Under the pieces are notes generated by a model. It was not told the origin of the DNA and did no database searches. It saw only the letters and a program-made list of their open reading frames with translations. A DNA stretch of 64,000 bases, from positions 1 to 64,000 of the IMG/VR virus record IMGVR_UViG_2851870198_000001, one strand, 5' to 3'. Positions 1-9,794 of this stretch are shown one piece after another. Both the position numbers and the translations under genes were made by a program. The stretch comes from a virus. Its lineage: Duplodnaviria; Caudoviricetes. Position 1 is the stretch's first letter; each line of letters opens with the position of its first letter.

Positions 1-2
1 CG

Positions 3-410
3 GAGACCCCCACCCCGGCCGCACAGCAGGAGGCCCCCGCGCAGCCGCAGTCCGCTGCCCCCGCCGCTCAGCCGCAGCGCGCCGCGACGCCCCGCACCAT
101 GACCAGCACTGAGCGGGCCCGCCACCGGCTGGAGCGCGAAGTGGAGTTCCAGGCTCAGATGCTCGGCATGCCGACGCTGGAGTTCGTAGCGGATCTCCTG
201 CCCGCGAACGCCACGAGCGTGGAAGACATCCCCGGCAACTTCAAACTGCAGACCTTCATCATCGAGAACCGCCCCGCTGTGATCGCGGCCCTCATCGCTG
301 CGAACATGCACCGCCAAGCGGAGGAGTACACCGCGCTCGGGCAGCGCGCACCCGCCCCCAACATCGAGCGCATCATCAGCAGCGCGCTGAGCGCTCAGTC
401 GAGCCTCTGA
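3..410 (+). CDS. 3' part of a hypothetical protein; frame is open to the window edge
   Basis: The frame of ORF 99..410 has no stop back to base 3 (ETPTPAAQQEAPAQPQ...). High GC3. Followed by a hairpin and the repeat array. Confidence 0.6.
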   Translation, partial: ETPTPAAQQEAPAQPQSAAPAAQPQRAATPRTMTSTERARHRLEREVEFQAQMLGMPTLEFVADLLPANATSVEDIPGNFKLQTFIIENRPAVIAALIAANMHRQAEEYTALGQRAPAPNIERIISSALSAQSSL

Positions 411-427
411 CGTGTTGTGACGTGCCC

Positions 428-455
428 GCGGGGGCGGAGCGTTCAGCCGCCCCGC
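428..455 (+). terminator. GC-rich hairpin, possible intrinsic terminator
   Basis: GCGGGGGCGG...CCGCCCCGC imperfect stem 18 bp after the stop at 410. Confidence 0.35.
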
Positions 456-477
456 CGGGGCCCCCGCCCGGACCTTG

Positions 478-497
478 ACGTCACGTCACGTCACGTC
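478..497. repeat. (ACGTC)4 tandem pentamer
   Basis: Read directly; lies just upstream of the 9-mer array. Confidence 0.85.
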
Positions 498-531
498 GCC
501 CGTGCAGGGGATGCGCCGCACCACGCCCCGA

Positions 532-1060
532 GGCGCACCCGCCGGGTTCGCCCCGCCGGGTTCGCCTTCGATCGAGGGTGCGCCTTCGGGGTTCGCCTCC
601 CGGGGGTTCGCCTTCGAGGGTGCGCCTTGGAGGGTTCGCCTCCCGGGGGGTTCGCCTTCCAGGGTTCGCCCCCGAGGGGTTCGCCCTGGGGTTCGCCTCC
701 GCGGAGGGTTCGCCTCGCGGGGATGCGCCCTGGGGACTCGCCTCGCACCCGTACCCGAAGGGCGAACCCCTGCACTCGCGTTCCCCCGGGGAACACCCGA
801 CCCGAACAACCGCAGCCTAGGCGCACCCACATGTGACCTGCAGAAATACGCGAGCCCGGGCAAGGCGAACCCGAACCCGTACGCCCGCAAGGCGAACCCC
901 GAAGGCGCACCCGCGAAGGCGCACCCCGCCCAAGGCGCACCCCCTGAGAGGCGAACCCGCGCAGGCGCACCCCGCAGGGCGAATCCTGGGAGCAGGGCGA
1001 ACCCCTGTGAGGCGAACCCCCTCAACAGAAGACCTCCCGAGGGCGAACCCTGGGAGGTCT
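532..1060. repeat. Two-armed array of 9-bp GGGT(T/G)CGCC repeats (iteron/origin- or centromere-like)
   Basis: Twelve forward copies at 544,558,576,589,604,618,632,648,662,677,689,706. Reverse copies GGCG(A/C)ACCC at 532,761,820,864,891,904,918,934,950,964,978(variant),996,1011,1042. Period about 14-16 bp. No credible ORF. Confidence 0.85.
780..794. promoter_or_regulatory. parS-like palindrome GTTCCCC-C-GGGGAAC between the arms of the array
   Basis: Same palindrome as the cluster around parB. Confidence 0.65.
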
Positions 1061-1089
1061 CTCAGCCATGCGCGCCGTGCGGCTCGGCC

Positions 1090-1680
1090 TCAGCCGCCGT
1101 TGGTTTTCCGCGCCGCGCGCCTCGCCGCCTTGCGCCTGCGGGCCTCCTCTGCGGCCCGCTCCTTGTCTGCCGCCCGCTCCTCCTCCACCAGTTCGAGGAA
1201 GCGCACTGGGTGCTCGTCAGCCAGCCGGCGCCGAGCCCGGCCCCGCGGGTTGGGGTCCGGCAGGAAGTACCCCTTGCGCGCGGCTTCCCCGGCCAGCACC
1301 TGGTGCAAGAACAGCGCCTCCCTCTCCGCCCGGGAGCGGAAGGTGCCGATGCGCTTGAGGTACGCCGACCGGCTCTCGCCCTCGGGGGCGTACAGGTACT
1401 TGTCCGGCTCCCGGATCAGGTCCGGCAGGATGCGCTGACCCTTGCGCGCCAGCTCCGGTGAGCGGATCGCGCGCGCCTGCAGCTCGTAGTCCTCGCCGCG
1501 CGATCCGGCGGAGCGGGCGCCGGCCGCCACGAACGCCGCCAGCGCCTCGGCGAACTCCGGGCCACTCATCGAGCGGTACAGCTCGATCTGTTTGGCGACG
1601 TCGGCAGGATCGGGCTCAGCAGATCGCGGCGGCCGTGGCTCGTCACCGGCAGGTGCGGGTGTGTGCTGCGATGCCGCCAT
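1090..1680 (-). CDS. Hypothetical protein (196 aa)
   Basis: Natural composition and high GC3; converges on the repeat array. Confidence 0.7.
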   Translation of the reverse strand: MAASQHTPAPAGDEPRPPRSAEPDPADVAKQIELYRSMSGPEFAEALAAFVAAGARSAGSRGEDYELQARAIRSPELARKGQRILPDLIREPDKYLYAPEGESRSAYLKRIGTFRSRAEREALFLHQVLAGEAARKGYFLPDPNPRGRARRRLADEHPVRFLELVEEERAADKERAAEEARRRKAARRAARKTNGG

Positions 1681-1965
1681 GCAGGCTGGCCCTCCAGGGT
1701 CGCGTACGTCCGGTCAGTGCCAGACGGAAGACTGCTGAGCAAAGCGAGGTGACCGCGCCCCCCGTGTGCCGGATCGTCCCGGGAGCGACCAGTCCCCGGC
1801 CCCTGGGCCCTCGCGGGCGCAGTGGGCTTGGCGCTTCCCCCGCGGCCGCTCCCGGCCCCACCAGAATGGGCCCGGAACCGCGAGGTGCTGCCTGCGACGG
1901 TGGGCGGCGGCCACCTCTGTGCGGATGATACCTGCGCGCCTCGAACGAGCCGCACAGCCAGGGCG

Positions 1966-2286
1966 CTATCCGGTCGGACGTGCCTTGCTGCTCGTCGCGG
2001 CCTCTACCGCGGGAGCGACCTTGGACGGCTTCCAGACCAGGTCATAGGTCGTCTGCGAGGCAGCGACGACGGCCACGATCGTGCTGAGCGTGGGTACGCC
2101 ATGCCCGAACGCGTCCAGGCCGCCGGTGGACGCCACGGTGGCGATGCCGCCCAGCACCGCGGCCACGACAGCCACGACTCGCTTGTAGCGCGCGGACCAC
2201 TTGGGCTTCTGGACGACCGCCGTCAGCGGCGGGAGGAACGAGCCGACCGCGCTACCGGCGACGATGGATTCGAGGGTGCTGCTCAT
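1966..2286 (-). CDS. Putative holin (actinophage type)
   Basis: 106 aa with 2-3 hydrophobic helices and a polar C-terminus; at the end of the tail operon; GGGAAGG RBS. Confidence 0.65.
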   Translation of the reverse strand: MSSTLESIVAGSAVGSFLPPLTAVVQKPKWSARYKRVVAVVAAVLGGIATVASTGGLDAFGHGVPTLSTIVAVVAASQTTYDLVWKPSKVAPAVEAATSSKARPTG

Positions 2287-2357
2287 GAGGCCTTCCCTTC
2301 AGCGGAACGGGTGGGAACGCCTCGGACCATGACGCCGGGCGGCCGCTTGCGTCCCGG

Positions 2358-2783
2358 TCAGCGTCCGTGGTCCGCCAGGTCGTCGGCGATCTCCGCAGGG
2401 GCGTCCGGCGCAGGAGCCTTGTGCATGGTGAGCAGCTCGCGCAGGTGCTGGATGTACTCCACGGCGGCCGCCTTCCAGCGCCGCCACTGCCGCTGTTCCT
2501 CCTGCAGATGCTCGACCTTGCGCTCCAACTCCTGCTGCTTCGCTTCCAGGTTGGTGACTCGGGACATTGTCTGTTCGTTCACGTGCCGCTGCTGCTCCAG
2601 CAGCGTCGTGAACCCCTCGGTGACCGTCTTCATGGAGGAGACGAACGTCTGCCCCTCGGCGATCTCAGCGTCGCTCTTGGTCTTCTTGCTGTGCTGCCGG
2701 TACACCATCCAGCCGCCCCCGAGCACGCCGAGCATGCCGAAGAAGGGGGTGAGGACAGGCGCCAGAGAGGTGAGCCACTCCAT
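2358..2783 (-). CDS. N-terminally anchored coiled-coil membrane protein (lysis-cassette type), 141 aa
   Basis: Start reassigned to ATG 2783 (GAGGAG RBS): MEWLTSLAPVLTPFFGMLGVLGGGWMVY, then heptad-rich QQELERKVEHLQEEQ. Confidence 0.7.
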   Translation of the reverse strand: MEWLTSLAPVLTPFFGMLGVLGGGWMVYRQHSKKTKSDAEIAEGQTFVSSMKTVTEGFTTLLEQQRHVNEQTMSRVTNLEAKQQELERKVEHLQEEQRQWRRWKAAAVEYIQHLRELLTMHKAPAPDAPAEIADDLADHGR

Positions 2784-2893
2784 GGTGCGCCTCCTCGGTC
2801 GACGGTGGTCAGTGGGGTGCGCGGGAGCCGGAACCACCGAGGTATGGAGGTTCACGGCTCCCCGCAGCCCGAACGCTGCACGACGGCCGGTGC

Positions 2894-3274
2894 TTACGTC
2901 TGCGGCTGTGCCACCTCGGGGCTGACTCCGGAGACAGCGTTCCAGCCCAGGCGGATCGCGCCGAGGATCTGATCGTCGGTGATCGCCGCGGCCAGGCTCA
3001 CGGCGTCCGTAGCCCCTCCTGCAGCTGCGGCGGCCGCGGCCATGAGGATCGGCGGGGAGGCGACGATGCCGACCATCATCTGCGCGGCCTGCGCCTCGGT
3101 CGGGCTGAGCACGGTCTTGGACAGGTTCCAGCGCATCGGGTAGCCGGGCGTGTCCGGCGACTCGGCGAAGACCTCCTGTGCGACCACAGCGATGGCCATG
3201 CGGACGCGGGGAAGTAAAGACGGCTCGCAGGCCAGGGCGCAGATGTCGGCCAGTGGCAGGGGCAGAGCGGCCAC
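2894..3274 (-). CDS. Hypothetical protein after the tail fibre (possible fibre chaperone); contains a TTA codon
   Basis: GAGGAG RBS; in-frame TTA at 3215-3217. Confidence 0.65.
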   Translation of the reverse strand: MAALPLPLADICALACEPSLLPRVRMAIAVVAQEVFAESPDTPGYPMRWNLSKTVLSPTEAQAAQMMVGIVASPPILMAAAAAAAGGATDAVSLAAAITDDQILGAIRLGWNAVSGVSPEVAQPQT

Positions 3275-3286
3275 GGTGGAGTCTCC

Positions 3287-6200
3287 TCACTTGGTGTAGG
3301 TGACGCGCAACTTGGGCGCATTGGTCTGGCCGTAGCCGCGCGCGCGGCCGTAGTAGGTCAGGCCGGAGGTGTTTGGGTCCAGGGCGATGCCGCGCCACCG
3401 CGAGGAGTCGAAGACGCTGGTGATGTCCACCCACTTGCCGGCGTTCTTCGCCCAGGCGATCGTGCGGTACTCGGCGTCACAGGAGAACGTCGACGGGCGT
3501 GAGGCGTGGTTGTGCGCCTTGATCACGGCGCGGCCGCCGTCGTTGTTGTACCAGTGGTCGAAGTACAGATAGACCTCCGCTTTGCGGATGGTCGCCCCGG
3601 ACAGGTCGGTGGCCAGGGTGGGCGAGAAGCCGATGAGGCTGGCCTGCATGCCGTTGGTGGAGCTGTAGTAGCCCTGGTAGCAGGAGTTGCCGAAGTAGGA
3701 GTTGTACGAGCCGCGGTTGCTGTACGACCCGGACCAGGTCGCCGCGTAGGTCTTGGTGTACTGCACGATCGGCGGGGCGGAGGAGCCGCCGCCAGTGTTG
3801 TGCACGCCCGTCGGCGGGAGCTCGGGGCCGATGTCCTCGATCAGGAAGAAGTTCCGTCGGCCAGAGGCGAGCAGGCCGAGCTCGAACGTCTGCCCCGCGG
3901 ACCCCTCGCGGTTGACGAACGACAGCAGGAACCGGTGGTAGCCCTCGCCGATGACGCTGGCGGGGGCGACGAACTCGAGTTCCACCGTCCAGTAGTCGCC
4001 GGGCGAGGGGTGGATGACCATGTGGTGCAGCATCGGCGAGTTGATCGTCGGCGACGATGATCCGCCGTCCCGCAGGATGATCTGAGCCCAGCCGTTGTAG
4101 GCGGTGTCGTAGTCCGCCACGGCCTGGAACTTGAACCGGTACATGCGGCCGGCCTCGATCGTCGCCGGGAGCTCGAAATAGCCGATCTCGGTGCCCGTCG
4201 AGGTGACGGTCGACGTCGGGTAGCCGTAGGAGATGATGCCGCGCGGCCGTTGGTCGAGGATGGTGGTGAGCTCGTCGCCACCAAGGGTCAGGCCCTCGGC
4301 GACCGCGAGGGACTGGAACCCGGCCTTGCCCTCCTGGTCGATGGTGGCGACCGGCACCCCGGCCGCCGAGAGCGTCAGGTAGTTGGGGCGGCCGGTCATC
4401 AGTGCTACGGCTTCTTCCCCGGCCGCGTCGAAGAGCTGGAGGCCTTGCGGGCTGAGCTCCGCCCGGCCGCCCGCTGTGGCGGACGCCATCACGATGCGGC
4501 ACGCGGCGTTGTCGAAGCGCACGGTGCCCGCGCTGCTGTTGTTGGTGGCCACGGCGACCCGCACCTGAGCGGTGTTCGCCGGGGCGGCGAGAGCCGGGAT
4601 GCCGCTGAGCGTGGTCCAAGCGCCGAGGGTGGTGCCGTTTGTGGCTGTGGTGAGCTCGGCGTTGCCCAGGACCGTGCCGGACGAGTCCTGCCACTGCGCG
4701 TACAGCCACAGCGACGTGCCCACCCAGTCCGCCGACGCCAGGTAGTCGATGCTCAGCCACACCTTCGTGCCGGGCATGGCCGGCTGCACGGCCAGCGTCA
4801 GGCCCCTTGACGTCGCGGACGCCGCCGCGGCGTTCACCTGCAGCGCCTTCGCAGTGCCGTTGCCGGGCGTCACGATCGACCAGTTGACCTGCCCGGCGAC
4901 CCTCTGCGCGGACACGTCCCCCTCGAACGAGGGGTCCGCGATTATGTTGCCGTCCGTGCCCACGCCCAGCTGGGCCGGGCCCACCCCGCCGGCGATCAGC
5001 TTCGAGGCGGTCACCGCCCCGTCCGCGATGTTCACCGAGTTCACCACGCCCGTCTCGACAGCCTCGATGGTGACCATGTCGACCTCGGCCGTGCCGGTGC
5101 CGAACTGGTAGTTCAGGAACATCACCGGGGAGATGTAGCGGGCGGAGGCGTGCAGCACGCCGGGGTTCGTGGGCTGCGGCCGCGCGATGGTGGTGCCGGT
5201 CGTCCCGGCCGGGGCGTAGCCCTTGAGATAGCCGGTCACACGCTGCCAGCCGCCGCCGGCGGTCAGCGGCATGCTCGCCGCGCCGACGTAGTGCGCTGAG
5301 TTGGTGGACGCGGCGCCGTTGATGTTCACCAGCGTGCTGCGGTCCGCGGCGATACCGACGACGCCGAGGTAGAAGCGCTGTTGAGCGGTGTCGGCGCCGG
5401 CTTCGGTCTGCCGCACGGTGGCGGAGATCCGGTAGGTGATGTTCGGGTCGTAGGGGATGAGGAAGTCCGGCCGCCACAGGCCGGATACTGCCCCGACGGC
5501 GCGCATCACGGTCCCGCCGGACTGGGCGTCGGCGACGCTGACGGTGGTCAGGTTCGTTGCCTCGGCCGCCGTGGCGACGGAGCTGCCTCCGGTCTTCCAC
5601 AGCGCGGCGTTCTCCCCAGCGTCGTAGAACCGCTGCCCGAGCATGCCAGTGAGCCCGACAGTGAGCCGGTCGGCGGTCAGCGACCCGGCTTTGATGTGGG
5701 TGGCCTCGATGACACCGGCGGCGATCTTCGTGGCCGTCACGGAGTTCACGGCGAGCTTGTCAGTGGTCACCGCCAGGGCGTCCAGCTTGGCGGTGGTGAT
5801 GGCCAGAGACGCGATCTTCTCGGCGGTCACGGCCAGGGCGTCGAGCTTGGCGGTGGTGACTGCCCCGGCGAGGATCTTCGCTGCGGTGACCGCTTCGTCC
5901 GCCAGGGCTGTGGTGTTCACGGCGCCGAGGGCGATCTTCGCGGCCGTCACCGCGTCCTCGGCGAGCTTGATCTCGCTGATGATCCCGTTGATGAGGTCCT
6001 GTTCGACGGCCTGTCGCGGGGTGCCCGCCACGGCCTGCGACGGCGTCCCGGTCAGTCCTGCGGTGGTGAGGGCGACCAGGCGCACCCAGCGCTCGCCGTA
6101 GCCCTCCAGAGCGATCGTCGTGGTTCCGCCGGTGACGTCGGCCATGGTCGCGGCCAGTGTGATGGAGTCCGGGGTGAAGTCGGCGGCCGTGCCGACGTGT

Positions 6201-6544
6201 ACCTGGATCGCGGAGAAGTCGGTGGGCGGCGTGTAGGAGTCGTCCCACTGCCCGTCCCATGTGACGACCAGCCCGGCAAGGACGCCCGTGACGAGCGGCA
6301 CGGTGGGGGTGGGCGGTGGCACGGCGGCCGCCGGCTCGGGGACCAGGGCGATACCGCCGTCGGGCTGCACGCCCACTGTCCCGGCGAGTTCGCCGTCCTC
6401 GGTGTAGATGTCGAGGGTGCCGCCCTCGATGGACGTGAAAGCCGCCTTGGAGGTGCGTTCAAGCGCCTGGAGCCGCCGCTCGTAGTCCGCCAGCAGGGCC
6501 GCGAAACGCTGGGCGTCGGACTGGGTGTCCAGGAAGTTGACCAT
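3287..6544 (-). CDS. Tail fibre / receptor-binding minor tail protein (1085 aa)
   Basis: Actinophage-type N-terminus (ERRLQALERT...IEGGTL), FN3-like segment, ~10-aa VTAAKI/VTTAKL repeats, carbohydrate-binding-like modules (NIIADPSFE), C-terminal PKLRVTYTK. Confidence 0.8.
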   Translation of the reverse strand: MVNFLDTQSDAQRFAALLADYERRLQALERTSKAAFTSIEGGTLDIYTEDGELAGTVGVQPDGGIALVPEPAAAVPPPTPTVPLVTGVLAGLVVTWDGQWDDSYTPPTDFSAIQVHVGTAADFTPDSITLAATMADVTGGTTTIALEGYGERWVRLVALTTAGLTGTPSQAVAGTPRQAVEQDLINGIISEIKLAEDAVTAAKIALGAVNTTALADEAVTAAKILAGAVTTAKLDALAVTAEKIASLAITTAKLDALAVTTDKLAVNSVTATKIAAGVIEATHIKAGSLTADRLTVGLTGMLGQRFYDAGENAALWKTGGSSVATAAEATNLTTVSVADAQSGGTVMRAVGAVSGLWRPDFLIPYDPNITYRISATVRQTEAGADTAQQRFYLGVVGIAADRSTLVNINGAASTNSAHYVGAASMPLTAGGGWQRVTGYLKGYAPAGTTGTTIARPQPTNPGVLHASARYISPVMFLNYQFGTGTAEVDMVTIEAVETGVVNSVNIADGAVTASKLIAGGVGPAQLGVGTDGNIIADPSFEGDVSAQRVAGQVNWSIVTPGNGTAKALQVNAAAASATSRGLTLAVQPAMPGTKVWLSIDYLASADWVGTSLWLYAQWQDSSGTVLGNAELTTATNGTTLGAWTTLSGIPALAAPANTAQVRVAVATNNSSAGTVRFDNAACRIVMASATAGGRAELSPQGLQLFDAAGEEAVALMTGRPNYLTLSAAGVPVATIDQEGKAGFQSLAVAEGLTLGGDELTTILDQRPRGIISYGYPTSTVTSTGTEIGYFELPATIEAGRMYRFKFQAVADYDTAYNGWAQIILRDGGSSSPTINSPMLHHMVIHPSPGDYWTVELEFVAPASVIGEGYHRFLLSFVNREGSAGQTFELGLLASGRRNFFLIEDIGPELPPTGVHNTGGGSSAPPIVQYTKTYAATWSGSYSNRGSYNSYFGNSCYQGYYSSTNGMQASLIGFSPTLATDLSGATIRKAEVYLYFDHWYNNDGGRAVIKAHNHASRPSTFSCDAEYRTIAWAKNAGKWVDITSVFDSSRWRGIALDPNTSGLTYYGRARGYGQTNAPKLRVTYTK

Positions 6545-6570
6545 GGCGGGCGATGGTCGCCCTCGCCCGG

Positions 6571-6586
6571 GTTAGTGTCGCGGGCT
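6571..6586 (-). promoter_or_regulatory. Late-promoter element AGSSCGNGACRYWARS (leaderless tail-fibre transcript)
   Basis: 27 bp upstream of the ATG; -10-like GACCAT; no SD. One of 12 copies. Confidence 0.6.
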
Positions 6587-6588
6587 GG

Positions 6589-7803
6589 TCACTGCTGGAA
6601 GTTGTCAGTGCGCTTCAGGGAGAGGGTGATCCGCCCGTCGGCGCTGATCTCGTCTGCCATGATGCGGTGCCAGATGTCGAGGTCGCCGACCCACGGCACA
6701 TGCACCTGCACGCGGATGTCGTCTCCAAGCTGCCAGGACCCGAAGCGGGCGTTGGGGTGGTCGATGATCTGGATGGCGGGGATTTGCAGCTCGCCCGAGC
6801 GGCCGGCCAGCGCCCTCATGCCGCGGCCGCGCAGCGCCGAGCTTGAGGCGTAGCGCTTCTCCGTCACCGTCACGACGCGCCGCAGGCGGGCGCCGACGCG
6901 GGAGCCGTGGTTGTGGACGTGGGCGCGTTTCATCTTCCGGCCTTCACCCCGGCCCAGGACCATCGCCTCGTTGGCGAAGTCCTCGCCCATGCCCTCTGGC
7001 TTGGCGATGGCGATGATGTTCTCCCCCTGGGCGAAGCGCAGGGTGTTGCGCTTGCGGCCCAGGCGGGGGGTGCCCAGGCGCAGCCGGTGCGTGATCTCGT
7101 TGCTGGAGGAGTTTGCCCACGCGTGGGTCTCCATCCAGTCGAATCCGTACTGGTTGACCAGCGTGGTGAGGGTCTGTCCGCAGTCGGGGGCGTCCCACCA
7201 TGCGAGTTCCCAAGGGTCGCTGCCGTCGGCCGCGCCGAGGAGCTCGCCCTTGTTGTGGGTGTCCACGATCAGGCCGAGGTCCCCGCGGGGCTGGCTCTGC
7301 ACGTGCGCCCAGATGTGCCGGAACATGGCGAAGACGTCGACCCTGGGGCCGCCGTACGGCTTCGGCGGCGGCGGGACCTTCTCCTTGCCCTTCTTGCCGT
7401 CCACCCAGCCGTCATGGTTCTTGTCCTTGCCGGCGTACGGGTCTTTCGGGGTGATCTTCCGGCCGGAGATGACGTAGCCCTCGTACGGGATACCGTGCGG
7501 GTAGGAGGAGAAACCCTCGCAGTTGACCGTGGCCTGCTGCCCGTCGAACGACGTCTTGGTGACGAGCCCGCCCCAGCGGATCACCCCGTCGATCTCCAGG
7601 TACAGCTTGGTGCCCCAGTCCCGCAGGATCGGGTCGCCGGTCGGGCCGATCATCCGCGCGTACTCGGGTTCGATTTTGCCGACCATCGAGCCCGGAGCGG
7701 ACAACTCCCGCTTCGGGTTCGAGGACAGGGCGAGCGGCACCTGCCAGTCGAGGATGGCGTCGGTGAGGGCGTCCTGGGCGATGAACCTCCAGCCAGCGGG
7801 CAT
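6589..7803 (-). CDS. Minor tail protein (Tal/hub, Gp37-like)
   Basis: Position downstream of Dit; motifs IRWGGLV, RFAQGENI, FGSWQLGDDIRV typical of actinophage hub proteins. Confidence 0.75.
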   Translation of the reverse strand: MPAGWRFIAQDALTDAILDWQVPLALSSNPKRELSAPGSMVGKIEPEYARMIGPTGDPILRDWGTKLYLEIDGVIRWGGLVTKTSFDGQQATVNCEGFSSYPHGIPYEGYVISGRKITPKDPYAGKDKNHDGWVDGKKGKEKVPPPPKPYGGPRVDVFAMFRHIWAHVQSQPRGDLGLIVDTHNKGELLGAADGSDPWELAWWDAPDCGQTLTTLVNQYGFDWMETHAWANSSSNEITHRLRLGTPRLGRKRNTLRFAQGENIIAIAKPEGMGEDFANEAMVLGRGEGRKMKRAHVHNHGSRVGARLRRVVTVTEKRYASSSALRGRGMRALAGRSGELQIPAIQIIDHPNARFGSWQLGDDIRVQVHVPWVGDLDIWHRIMADEISADGRITLSLKRTDNFQQ

Positions 7804-7806
7804 CCG

Positions 7807-8778
7807 TCACAGCTCCTCAGAGTCCGGCTTCTCCACGAACTCCACGTCGGCGATGATCGACGTGCCCCCGTCGACGTGCAGGTCGCCCGTCTCCGCCCTG
7901 GACATGTACGTCTGGAGAGACAGCCGTTGCGTGGTGCCCCGCATCGCCGAGGGGACCGCGTAGTTGTCGGCCAGGACGATCGTGGAGCGGCGTGTGCCGG
8001 TGCCCTGGTCGTCGTCGATGACGGTGTCCTGCCCGAGCAGCGACCCGAACTTGGTCTGCATGTGCGCGAACACGTTGTCGCGCGTCATGCGCAGCCCCGC
8101 GAGCGTGATCATGATTTTCACGCGGGTTGCCCACTCGGGAACGTCGATGTCCCAGTTGGCGATGCCAGGCCAGTTCCGCCACTGGTTGTCCTGGTAGGCC
8201 AGGGTCGAGGGGGTGTCGGGGAACATCGTGTACAGGACCCGGTCGCGGCGGGAGATGACCATGCTCCGCAGGTCCTTGATCATCGACTGCGTGACGGAGG
8301 ACGTGCCAGGCGGAAGCGTGACGCGCGCCAGAGTGATCGCCGAGTCGTTCGGACGGACCTGCCTCACGTCGGTGGTCGTGCTGGGCACGCCGGGGATCAC
8401 CCGCGTGAAGATGTACGGGCCCACCGTCGGATCGGACGGCAGCGGCCACGTCTCACCGTACGAGTACGGGTTTTCCACCCGCGCCACGATCAGGTCCGTA
8501 CGGGCCGAGGAGCCGGTGCCTGCAATGTTCACCGTGTCCGCGCTGGGCAGCCGGCCCGCGTACGCCTGGTACGTCGCCCCAGTGGCCCGGTTGAGGATGG
8601 CGCACGCACCCGGCCGCACCTGCACCTGGGCAGCAGGCGAGGACAGTGCCCGCACCGCCAGGTCCGCGGAGCCGATGACGCCCTGGCCGCCGCCGAACGC
8701 GGCGTAGGCCAGGAGCCGAGCGACCTCAGACGAGTGCTCTGCCTGCCCCTCGGTGAACCACGGCACGGTGTCCCACAT
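7807..8778 (-). CDS. Minor tail / baseplate protein (323 aa)
   Basis: Start reassigned to ATG 8778 (GAGGAG RBS): MWDTVPWFTEG. Motifs RTDLIVARVENP and ITLARVTLP...IKDLR. Confidence 0.75.
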   Translation of the reverse strand: MWDTVPWFTEGQAEHSSEVARLLAYAAFGGGQGVIGSADLAVRALSSPAAQVQVRPGACAILNRATGATYQAYAGRLPSADTVNIAGTGSSARTDLIVARVENPYSYGETWPLPSDPTVGPYIFTRVIPGVPSTTTDVRQVRPNDSAITLARVTLPPGTSSVTQSMIKDLRSMVISRRDRVLYTMFPDTPSTLAYQDNQWRNWPGIANWDIDVPEWATRVKIMITLAGLRMTRDNVFAHMQTKFGSLLGQDTVIDDDQGTGTRRSTIVLADNYAVPSAMRGTTQRLSLQTYMSRAETGDLHVDGGTSIIADVEFVEKPDSEEL

Positions 8779-8855
8779 GATGCTCTCCTCCGCTGCTGCT
8801 CTCTGGAGCGCGGAGGATCGCGGGCCGGTCCGGCTTGTGTCGCGTCCTGGCCCGC

Positions 8856-9794
8856 CTACATGTACGCCCATGCGTCACGCCACGCGACGGTCATGTACGA
8901 GGTGGCGGTCACGTCCGTGCCGCGCAGCACAAAGTCCTGCCGGCCGGGCGGGATCAGCAGGTCTTCCAGGAGCGGCGAGCCGCGCGTGATCAGACCGGCC
9001 ACGCTGGCGCTTCCCCGCTTCACGGTGCGCACCCACGGCCGTGGGTCGATGACGACCCGCTCGCCCGCCTTGAGGGACAGGTTCAGTTTCAGCTTCCAGC
9101 GGCCCACCAGCTCGCACGTCGGCTGCGCGATCGGCCCGACGATGGTGATGACCGGCCAGGAGGGGCGGTTACCGGCGACGACGATCTCGCCGGGCGTCCG
9201 CACGGCGCCCTCGCCGACCATCATCAGCGGCGCCGTGAGGGGGCCCTTGATGCCGCGGTGCGGAGGCGGCGCCATGTCCACGCGGATGCTCTGCTCGACC
9301 TCGGAGAAGCTGCCGGTGTGGGAGGCCGTGAACGATGCGACCAGCGGCGTGTAGCCCTGCCTCGTCAACTTGGACGCTGCCTTCTCGCACTTGCGGGGCC
9401 GCCCGTACCAGCGTCGTTCGCGGCCGCCCTGCATGGTCGACAGCACCGCGGGTGTGGCCGTGAGGTCGCGGACGGCCCGGGCGTCCCAGGCCTGTTTGAT
9501 CCGCGACACCGCGTCGAGGTTCGCGCCGTGCCGCTCCCTGAGGGCGGGGCTGGCGTCCACGGTGTCGACGCCGATCTCGAAGGTGAGGGTCGCGCCGGTG
9601 CTGAAGTCCTGCCCGTGGCGCAGCCCGTCCTCGCGCGGCAGGGGGGTGTCGCCGTCGGTGATGTCCTGGTCTTTGATTTCGACGTCATCGAGCAGGTAGT
9701 ACCGCGACTTCCACGTGCCGAAGATGAAGCTGGCGCCGGGGTGGACGCCGTTCGCGCTGTACGACAGCCGCCACTCGCCCTCATTCAGAGGCAT
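8856..9794 (-). CDS. Distal tail protein (Dit-like)
   Basis: Directly after the tape measure gene; motifs AGNRPSWPVITIVGP, VVIDPRPW, VAWRDAW. Confidence 0.75.
   Translation of the reverse strand: MPLNEGEWRLSYSANGVHPGASFIFGTWKSRYYLLDDVEIKDQDITDGDTPLPREDGLRHGQDFSTGATLTFEIGVDTVDASPALRERHGANLDAVSRIKQAWDARAVRDLTATPAVLSTMQGGRERRWYGRPRKCEKAASKLTRQGYTPLVASFTASHTGSFSEVEQSIRVDMAPPPHRGIKGPLTAPLMMVGEGAVRTPGEIVVAGNRPSWPVITIVGPIAQPTCELVGRWKLKLNLSLKAGERVVIDPRPWVRTVKRGSASVAGLITRGSPLLEDLLIPPGRQDFVLRGTDVTATSYMTVAWRDAWAYM

Noticed and set aside
532-1060. Streptomyces linear-replicon telomere
   Set aside because: The array is internal and flanked by genes on both sides, and lacks the terminal CCCGCGG-type palindrome series.
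417-1461. Overlapping ORFs of 80-328 aa across the repeat array
   Set aside because: Products are translations of the 9-bp repeats (GFA/ANP/RRT) or antisense to the 1090..1680 gene; no RBS or codon bias.
5680-5970. 30-bp quasi-repeats in the tail fibre gene as a DGR or other variable cassette
   Set aside because: They encode the ordinary 10-aa VTAxKI fibre repeats; no reverse transcriptase or TR/VR pair is seen.
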